The position numbers and the translations under genes are program-made. A stretch of 64,000 nucleotides of DNA from Antedon mediterranea. Taxonomy: Eukaryota > Animalia > Echinodermata. Below the pieces are notes generated by a model. The model searched no databases. It was not told the DNA's origin and saw nothing but the letters and a program-made list of their open reading frames with translations. The stretch spans positions 3,033,812 through 3,097,811 of the forward strand of contig NC_092675.1 in assembly GCF_964355755.1 (NCBI RefSeq), read 5' to 3'. This document shows positions 53,570 to 64,000 of the stretch, piece after piece (the first letter of the stretch is position 1; every line of letters begins with the position of its first letter).

Positions 53570-56001
53570 GAGAGAAATTGTTTCATTAGTTTATCAATTT
53601 AATAGGCATACAAACCAGAATTAAACTTACTTATTTCAAATGTATTCATTCGTTCATTTATTTACAAATACAAGAAAAGAGAACAAGCAATACACGTAAA
53701 GTGTAAAATAAATAATATTATTTATAATATAATGATATTTATTTATTTTATGAACTTCCCATTTTTAACCAGGCCAATGTATTTTTAAATTCTATCTCTT
53801 CTTTATACTGTACCAGACTCTCTCATCGATTGGCCCTTAGACAGACAACATAGTTAAAAAATAAAGACAATTTAATTTTATGTTTTTATGCTTCTATTAC
53901 TGGTAAATGGGTAAAGATACATTTAAGTTGGCATAAACAAAAAGAAAGTAAATTTCCTGGACAAACCGCATCGGAAAAATCGAAAGGTCAAAATTGCTTC
54001 CGTTTGTTTGTTTGTTTGTTTGTTTACTATTAAAACACGTTCATGGAGATGTTTTGATGAAGAACCTATCATGATGGAAAAATAAGATTTTTTTGATTTG
54101 AAAAAATAATTATAAAAATTACTTGAAAAGCTGAAGCCCTGTGTATAATTAATTGGTAGGCCTATATTGGTTTCGCTCATTAGGCCAATCCATACTAGCC
54201 ATAATGATGGTAAAATTAATACTTAATGTAAATGATAAACTTATAAATGTAAATTATAAATTATTTTTAAACGTCAAATGTAAGGTAAAAGAGATGTATT
54301 CAAAGTAAAACGTGACCAACAAAATAGAATGAAGAATTATTAAACAGATGGAAACTATACGTCACTGATTCAGACTATCATGACGTCATTCTCAATTGTG
54401 GCACGTCACAGCAATAATTTTGTGTGTGCCCTATTGTGCTTTCTGATCGGATACACTAAATGAAATGTGCGAAGAACAAATACACGTAATCAAGAATACA
54501 CACGCTTTATTATTAATTAATTCAATCTTTTATTTCGGAATCTCTGATCCATAGAAAGTAAATTTACGTATACATTAATAAAATTTTTAAAAAATGTAGT
54601 AAATTACTACTACTCATCTCAGGACGGCATCCACCTCGAGAGCATCTTTAACTTATAGGCCTATAAGACATTGTCTATAATCGTTTTTACTATAATTAAG
54701 ACTAAACATCAATGTATTTCGATGGACTACACAAAATAAATTAAAATAAATAAATAAAGTCATTCTCAACTACGTCATCCACCATATGTCCTCTACCTGA
54801 CCCAGGTGTTCTCTGATAGATATACATATCCTGGAATAGACTCATTATCTTAGCAACTTGAAAAAATAAACACAATTGACCCGATTTCTGGGGTAATCCC
54901 TTTAGAGAGGCGCACCTTTAAGTATCCTATACCGTATTGTTTCCTGTGTAATAAAGTGTGTAGTTATGAGATTAACTATTGCTTATTTACAATTACCAAA
55001 CCAGAAAGATGAGCAAAAATAACAGTAAGTTTATTATTGTAATCTTAACATATTTTTTATTTCTATATTTATTCTCCTGCGCGTGGTTGTGTTTGTCTTT
55101 CGGTGTTGGCCGAGCGGTCTGTCTGTCTGTTGATTGTCTAATTAGTTAAGAACGTATTTTGGAATGAATTAATGAATAATATTATAGGTATTATCGTGTT
55201 ACGGTTGAGGTTAGACTAGGCGTATGGCCTAATACAGATGAAACATGTGATAAGTATTATGTGTCACGGTATCGTCTCATTAGACTGCACACATTATTTA
55301 CCGTACAGTATACCGTACCTAAGGATGGCAATATTCCAGTATTTGTTGGTTTTAGAAAACGAATACGTTGGTTTTTTTTCACACAAAACTTTATTGCAGT
55401 TTTAAAATAGGTAAAAACCTCACGACAGGATATATTTATTTGTCAGTGATAATATATTTGGTAAAGCATCAACCATCATTCAAAACTCAACTACTTCATG
55501 TTCAGGTATCTGAGTGTACAAAATTCATGGACTGTGATGGCATATCAATGATATAACCTTTAGAGTCCGTAGAATAATAAATGTGTTTATAATCCGACAA
55601 AATGCCACTTGCCCACTGTTTTTTATTTGGTTCATATAACCAGTGACATTTATTAGCTGCCCAATCTAAAAAAATAAATCATACATTTATTTGCTTTAAA
55701 TCGGTTTGATTATTTTCCGTCTCGGATCCTAATGCGGGGGAAGACTTAATATCGCGAAATAAATGTCAAGAAAATGTTGAAAGATATACAACGTTTTCTA
55801 CCAACAAAGAAAATTGATAGACCAGGTTATATAATTTTGTTAAATATTATTTCAAGGAAATTTAATCGAAAAAATAACTAAAGAAAACATAGAAGTTCAG
55901 TTCAATGCTGCTCATTGGAGGATAGATGGCGTGCGACTATTATGTGTATTGGTTACGTGTGTGCCTACGTGTGTCAAAGTGTAGGCCTATGGTTATGCTT
56001 C

Positions 56002-56442
56002 TTAAAGCGTGGTTCTCACTAGCAACGCAACGCAAGAAATAGACACAACGCAAGCGAGTTCGAATAATCCATCGCTTGCGATTGGTCAACTCGCTTACGT
56101 TGCGTTACGTCCTTAAAGCGTGGTTCTCACTAGCGACGCAACACAAGGACGTAACGCAACGCAAGTGAATTGACCAATCACAAGCGATGGCTTATTCGCT
56201 TGTGATTGCTAACTGTCTATAACTTCGCTTGTCATTGGTTAAAACGCTTGCGTTGCGTTTACGTCCTTGCGTTACGTTCTAGTAGGAACCAAGCTTTAAG
56301 CTTGGTTCTCACAGAGACGCAACGCAAGGACCTAACGCAACGTAAGTGATTTGACCAATCACAAGAAATGGATTATTCGAACAGTTACTTATTATTGGTT
56401 AACTCGCTTGCGTCGCGCTTGCATCCAAAAATAGGAATCAAG
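56002..56442. mobile_element. Cluster of three copies of the 2422-type palindromic MITE
   Basis: aagcgtggttctcactagc starts at about 56005 and 56116; aagcttggttctcac starts at about 56298. Confidence 0.85.
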
Positions 56443-57700
56443 CTAGAGGGAGCGTGGATTTCCATGCTATGCATTTCATCATGCAATATGTGACGATGTT
56501 GAAATAATTGACTTTTTGTGCCATGCATCCCAACATAACATTCATACCAGAATAATATAGATTTCTCCAGTATCATATTTGGCAACATATTAAATTATAA
56601 ATATGAATTATTATCAGCGATAAATTGCTTCCTATGCTTAAAAGTAAGTGACGATGTCATAAATCATGATGTTTTCAGAAGATCCTCATTATGAATCTGT
56701 CGATCAAACTTATTAAATTTAATAATACAACATGTAGAATTCTAAGAATTTCAAATTGCGCTTTAAGAAAAAGAACAAATTAAAGTCTGTTTGCAAAATG
56801 TTGTCCTTTAAGATGTTTATTTTGAAGTGAAGATCTCCGAAGAATGACAAACAGTGTGTGTTGCTTTCTTTAATTTGAGTTAAAGGATGTTGACACAATG
56901 CATCTACAAGTGAAGTAGGCCTGGTTATAAGCCCCCCCCCCCCCCCCACAGAACAATGGGCCTAATCGGTTGTACACGTCAGTTTGATGTTGCATGACAG
57001 ACAAGAGTGCATCCTGAGCAAGTGAAATATTTATAAGCACCATTAACCAGAGCACCTTATTCGGGTTTAGGCTTACTTGTATTCGACTACTAGGCCTACA
57101 TAACCGTTCTTTGGTTTATGGATTTACTGTATGTTACAGCCTAGTATACTTTACTAAATTTATTCGGCATTTACATAATACGACATAATGACGTAGACAT
57201 TGACGAAAATCAGCAAATTTTTATGACCGTGTTCCCGCGCTTCTCGTGAATGTGACAATAGTAAATAATGATCATCACTTTTTTATTTTCTTAAAGATGA
57301 ACTTGCTTAACGATTTTCGTTTGTATTTCTACGTACATAAGAAGATTTTTACATTTACATGAAATTATGTTCTCTTCAATAATATCAACAAAATTGATCA
57401 TGTTATTTCAGTAATTATTATGAACTTTGATGATAACAAACAAATAAATAAGATTAGAAGCCACTTTACGACAATTGTGACATTTGTTGTTATTGGATGA
57501 GAGTTGCAATATTCTCCGGAGCTACATAACGACAAACACGACATCACGAAAGATTACAAAGCACTTTTGGAATCCAAAAGAGTTAAAAGAAATTCTATCA
57601 AATTGAGGTTCGTGGATTGAAGACAGCAATGTATATTAATGTCGTAAAAATACAATGGCGGCTATCAAAAAATGTGTAAATTCCTTCCAAAAAAGTCATT

Positions 57701-59258
57701 TGGGGCACAGTGCATGCATTAGAATGAATGGGGCACAGTGCATGCATTAGAATGATTGGGGCACAGTGCATGCATTAGAATGAATGGGGAACAGTGCATG
57801 CATTAGATTGATTGGGGCACAGTGCATGAATTAGAATGAATGGGGCACAGTGCATGCATTAGAATGAATGGGGCACAGTGCATGCATTAGAATGAATGGG
57901 ACACAGTGCATGCATTAGAATGAATGGGGCACAGTGCATGCATTAGAATCATCAATGGGGCACAGTGCATGCATTAGAATCATCAATGGGGCACAGTGCA
58001 TGCATTATAATGAATGGGGCACAGTGCATGCATTAGAATGAATGGGGCACAGTGCATGCATCAGAATGAATGGGGCACAGTGCATGCATTAGAATGATTG
58101 GGGCACAGTGCATGCATTAGAATGAATGGGACACAGTGCATGCATTAGAATGAATGGGGCACAGTGCATGCATTAGAATGATTGGGGCACAGTGCATGCA
58201 TTAGAATGAATGGGGAACAGTGCATGCATTAGAATGATTGGGGCACAGTGCATGAATTAGAATGAATGGGACACAGTGCATGCATTAGAATGAATGGGGC
58301 ACAGTGCATGCATTAGAATGAATGGGACACAGTGCATGCATTAGAATGAATGGGGCACAGTGCATGCATTAGAATCATCAATGGGGCACAGTGCATGCAT
58401 TAGAATCATCAATGGGGCACAGTGCATGCATTATAATGAATGGGGCACAGTGCATGCATTAGAATGAATGGGGCACAGTGCATGCATCAGAATGAATGGG
58501 GCACAGTGCATGCATTAGAATGAATGGGGAACAGTGCATGCATTAGAATGATTGGGGCACAGTGCATGAATTAGAATGAATGGGACACAGTGCATGCATT
58601 AGAATGAATGGGCCACAGTGCATGCATTAGAATGAATGGGACACAGTGCATGCATTAGAATGAATGGGACACAGTGCATGCATTAGAATGAATGGGGCAC
58701 AGTGCATGCATTAGAATCATCAATGGGGCACAGTGCATGCATTAGAATCATCAATGGGGCACAGTGCATGCATTATAATGAATGGGGCACAGTGCATGCA
58801 TTAGAATGAATGGGGCACAGTGCATGCATCAGAATGAATGGGGCACAGTGCATGCATTAGAATGAATGGGGAACAGTGCATGCATTAGAATGATTGGGGC
58901 ACAGTGCATGAATTAGAATGAATGGGACACAGTGCATGCATTAGAATGAATGGGGCACAGTGCATGCATTAGAATGAATGGGACACAGTGCATGCATTAG
59001 AATGAATGGGGCACAGTGCATGCATTAGAATCATCAATGGGGCACAGTGCATGCATTATAATGAATGGGGCACAGTGCATGCATTAGAATCATCAATGGG
59101 GCACAGTGCATGCATTATAATGAATGGGGCACAGTGCATGCATTAGAATGAATGGGGCACAGTGCATGCATTATAATGAATGGGGCACAGTGCATGCATT
59201 AGAATCATCAATGGGGCACAGTGCATGCATTATAATGAATGGGGCACAGTGCATGCAT
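57701..59258. repeat. 28-bp satellite (agaatgaatggggcacagtgcatgcatt), about 55 copies
   Basis: Direct; includes 31-bp catcaat variants in a recurring order. Confidence 0.97.
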
Positions 59259-59728
59259 AGACTCAATGTTCAACAAAATCTGAAAAACAATTCTTGAAAT
59301 GGGTAAAGCAATGAATGAATTTCTGAAAAACTCGCGCGCCACACTTTATTAGTGATAAATAAAGATCCGCTCACACCAACGCGACAAAACGGTTTCTAAA
59401 ATGAACCCAATCCATTACTATTGCAGGTATGTCTTCTAACGAATCATAAAGAATAATGGCCATAATGTTTTCACCGAGGCGTGGGCGACCTTTTCAGTTG
59501 TTTCTATATATACTCTAACTCAATCTACCAAAATGAAACTGGATCTGCCTTTATATACATTTATTTAAATTACATTATCAAATGACATTTTCCAATAACG
59601 GTCATTATTAATGTTATGTAATTTCTTAGTCGAAGTGTTTGTACATAGTGAACGTCTGTGCCTTTGAAAGTAGCTGGCTTATTTGAGTTACACCAGCGTT
59701 TTTCCTTTTATGTTGTTTTATTGACGAC

Positions 59729-60079
59729 ATGCTGGTCGAGTAATTAAACGAAACGAAGCAGAGGGAGCTGCTTGATTCAATGAAGGCAATCCAACAATAA
59801 GATGCTGAGCTCCGGAGATCAAAGGGTTTATCTGTGGCTGCAACACGACGATCACTTCCAACAAGCTCCTTAACTGACACTGCGCGCCGCGGAGAATACG
59901 TTCACAGCGTTACTGTTGGTATTAATGTCGTAGCCAGACATAAGATCAATGGACTGTTACAAGTTCTTATCTTGTCAAGGCGAGCTCAGTGTCCTGTTGT
60001 TAGTTTGCCTTGGTTCAATCGATGTGTCGTCGTCGGAGGAGAGGACGTCCCCAATATTCTAGGTCTTAACATCACGTAG
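59729..60079 (+). pseudogene. Possible decayed coding relic (retroelement-like?)
   Basis: GC-richer island; one frame of 116 codons interrupted only by two TAA stops. Confidence 0.25.
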
Positions 60080-60840
60080 TTTGGTCGTTGGTTGTTCTGA
60101 GAAGCAGCTACGAACCAACCAATAAACGCCCCACCATGACATTTTAAGTTCGTTCCAACTGAAATGTTTTTTGTTTTTACTGAGGGTTTTATTTGTACCT
60201 ATTCATTAGTTAGTTATTTACTTCCTTTCCGACTTATTTCAGGCATAAATCAACTCCTGTAGTGGCTAAACTGATAAAGTCGTATAGTGTCTTATCGTTA
60301 TAATTTCAAAAATAGATCATCTACAATTTTCAACGACACGGTAAAACAATAAATTTGAAATATCTTAGGGAATTATTATAAAATTTATTTATTGCAACTT
60401 AATAAATTAAACTGTTATGACACTGCAAGGATTGTGATTTTCATTTCAGTTCCAGAACATTGATTAATTTCAATAATGGCAAAATAACAATTATGTATAA
60501 TATAATTATGACATTTTGAGGATTTTAATAGTTATATTATATTGATTAATAACATTTACCGTAAATCATTGATAACAATCGAATGATTGAGATCTAGACA
60601 TGCCAAAGCCTTTAATTATTGTCTTTTTTATGCTGTTAGTATTCCCTGGAATTCTTTTATTACGAGTGTTGCGTTTTGATATTTTTATTTTATTTTTATT
60701 TATTCTTATTATTTTATAACTTCTCGCTAAGATGTATGTACGTGAAGGATGGGGACCAACAGGTAGTAAACACCTCTAAAACGGTCCAGTCACAATTGCA
60801 CAATGGCCGGCTGTGTGTGACCGTGGCTGAGTTTGTGCGG

Positions 60841-61057
60841 TCTAGTACACCGGGGTAACCCCCTACTCGTCTCGAAAGATGTACTGGGTTCTTTAAAGTG
60901 CACATGAGCTAGATGTGTAAATTGGACCTACGGTTTATAGTCCTTATTCGAGAAGACTCGTTATTCCACCAGAACCATAGAGCGAGTGAGCCTCAAACCC
61001 CTGCCGATGTTACGGCTATGTAATTACGGTTCAACTGTATTAACCGCTCGACCACTC
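60841..61057 (-). mobile_element. tRNA-derived SINE copy (24340 family)
   Basis: Near-exact reverse complement of about 24344-24560. Confidence 0.88.
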
Positions 61058-64000
61058 CAGCTCATAACACGTGCTAAAATGTTTATATTTTTACTAATAT
61101 TAAGCCGAATTGCCCATTATAAAAATAGAGCACAGACAAGCATTTTATAGTAATACTAGCAGTACATTATGGTGATATTAAAAAAATTTACACACGAACT
61201 TAACGCCTCAACTAAAGCTTGGTTCCCACTATAGCGACACAACGTAACGCAATCTACGCAACGTAAGAAAATGCCATTCCATTCATTATGTTTGCCCCCG
61301 CCTGCGTGATATGAAACCTGCGATGTTTGCAGCACTGTTGCATCGTCGGTTCCCAGTTGTGTTTACGCAATACAGCACCTTTTTTTCACGGTTAAAAGAC
61401 GATAACCTAACAGTTACAAAAAAGTAAAACAACAGCGATGGGAATTCAGATGGGTATTTATGTAGACTTACAATACTAGTAGACTTCATTTAATAACATC
61501 ATTTTCTAATGCATAACAATTTAGATTCGATACTCGGTGGAAAGGAAGAGAAAGAAGGATATCAATTTAGACTATTAGCTTCAACTGTAAATGTTAGTTA
61601 TTTCAATTCATTATCGAATTTGAAGGACAAATATCAAACCTCAAAAGACTGTTTACAAGATGTATACAATGATAGACAATTTACCTGCATTAAAATATTA
61701 ATTGAATAATTTACTATAATATACGGAAAGCAGTGCATTAATAACCACCTACACATGTTATTAAAACACGTAATGATCTCAACTCGACAACCGTGATTGT
61801 CTATATCCTGCTCTTTAAAAATAATTATCAATGAATAAAATGTTATAATCCATAGGCCTATTTAACATTATTAGTTTGTCGTATTATAAACAAGATTGGC
61901 GAATAAATACAATTTAATGCAGCAACAAATAAAAAATAAATGTTTATACATAAATAAATAAGATGTCAATACAAAAATGTTACTAACAGTATTAAGCTCT
62001 GTTCACACTATTAAGCTCTGTTCACACTATTAAGCTCTGTTCACACTATCAAACCTTATGTGACAACAAAAATGTGATATTTTTTTTGTCAAACTAGGTA
62101 GAAAGCTTTAGTCGTATTATCAAAGACTTCAGAATAAAAGTAAACCAAGACAACTGAACAACTTGATTGTACACTGAAACAGTGAAATAAAATGTGAAGG
62201 AAAATGATACTATTATTAAGGCCTACAGTAGTTTATCGTTATTAGTTTAAAAATGACGTAAGTGTAAATGTAAGTAATTTGCCGATTTATTATCATTCAA
62301 ATCGAACTGTCGCTTGTGATTGGTCAACTCGCTTTCCTTGCTTGACTTTACCATATTTTGACAACGTATTATTAGGATGTACATACTACATGATTTCAAA
62401 ACAATTGCGAGAATTCCGGAAGTTAATTTTATTATATTAATAATTGGTTGCACAGTTCCGGAAAATTCATTATGTGATATTTTGACTATATCGTAAGGTA
62501 GTAAGCCGCTTTTCACGTGGATAAACGATAATTAAATAAGGCTGTTTGGAAGTATAACTTGATTAGGTCAACCTGATGGTTGATTAATACGTTGTTTTTA
62601 TTTATTTAATACATAAATCGATTCGATCTTTAACATAAAAGTCTCTATAGATAAATCCACTAAATAAACAGTATACACTTTCTTTCGAAACCATCTGCCC
62701 AATGAAAAGCAAAGATATTTAGGCCTTGGCATAGATCTAAAAGCTTATTGATAGGCCTACACAAAACACATACATACATTATACGAAATTGGTCTAAAAC
62801 AAGTGGTAAATTTCACGATACAAATTAGGTTATGTTATAATATACAACTATCGTATTGATCAATTCACAAGATTACTGTAAGTTTACTGGCTGAGCCGAT
62901 CGTCTCATCCACGTCGCTTTTTAAAAACATAAACTCAGCTTAATTAAACATGTTGGTATTTCCGGTCAGCACTCACTCACGCACGCACGCCCCCAGTATG
63001 CCCACACATCGACTGTGATTTCAATCGCGTATACTTAAATAACGACATTTATCTATAGTATAAAATGCATAGGCCCGGAAGGTAAAAATGAACACAGCAA
63101 ATTGGCATGTTTGGTTTTTATTTATTAACATTTTTGTCAAATACAAAACAGACAAGGCAAAGAAAGACCACATATTATCCTCATCTAGTTTGTCAAAACA
63201 GACACATAAAAACAAATTAATTACGATCTACAAATACACATGACCAACTGCAAACATTTTCGATATTGCAACAACTTTACATTAATTTAAAAGAACCTTT
63301 TCACCAAATACGAGTAGGTCTGATAATAATACGATAAATGATGATGATCTCATGGGCAAACTTTCCTAAATGGTACACGGTTAGATGATATAAAGTTGGT
63401 GAAATAAAGACAATTAGTATTATTAAATTAAATTATTATTGTGGATTATACCAGTGGAATTCATTTTTAAAATGATGTGTTGTTGTGGAACATGGCATTT
63501 ACATACCCGTTACGTAAAACAGGAGCAAATAGGCCTATAGTGTGTAAGCTGAATAGAAATTGACAGAGGATTCGATATTCGTATATTCTAAAGCCAAAAT
63601 GACCCCTGCAGAAAAATAGGTGAAGTAAATTCTGCAAAAAGTAACACCTATATACCTCAAATACGACTGGTCTAAGTGGGTTATTGGCGATTTAGTTGCG
63701 TATGCGTTTAGTTCACTACCCTTACGCCCAGTAGAACATTATTAAATGTGACACGAAACCCACGTCAGTATAATGTCGACTACTGATTAATGGTGTATGT
63801 TAAATAACAAGTTCTACAGTGATTACATAGGATTATTAAAGAGGAAAAACAACTAACAGCAGTCATGTACCTTATTTTGATTAAAGGAAGCATAATATTG
63901 CCGTTTTCTGGCTTTCAACGGTGACCCAACAACAGAAGTCAATTGTATGTGTGCTAGGGTGATTACGGCCTATACCACGTTGAAACACTAGTTCTCGTCA

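Noticed and set aside
57701-59258. CRISPR-like array with palindromic repeat
   Set aside because: No spacers; simple 28-bp satellite.

Overview
AT-rich eukaryotic (metazoan, probably marine invertebrate) genomic DNA, not prokaryotic. The window holds the 5' half of one large multi-exon gene on the minus strand, a Ras guanine-nucleotide-releasing factor (RASGRF1/2 family). I reconstructed 12 GT-AG coding exons from 48674 down to 2678 with consistent phases, encoding PH1, coiled-coil, IQ, DH and PH2. The REM/CDC25 exons must lie beyond position 1. The introns and upstream region contain minisatellites, several MITE/DNA-transposon families (Harbinger-like, TTAA/Kolobok-like, Tc1/pogo-like), tRNA-derived SINEs and one tRNA-like cloverleaf. 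I found no convincing wholly new biological system. The most notable signals are: a strong excess of TACAGTA/TACTGTA and TAGGCCTA motifs, several visible as 5-bp insertions in repeat copies (likely transposon excision footprints); a tRNA-Asp(ATC)-like gene; a Harbinger derivative with a Myb/SANT remnant; tandem arrays just downstream of splice donors; and possible alternative RasGRF isoforms.
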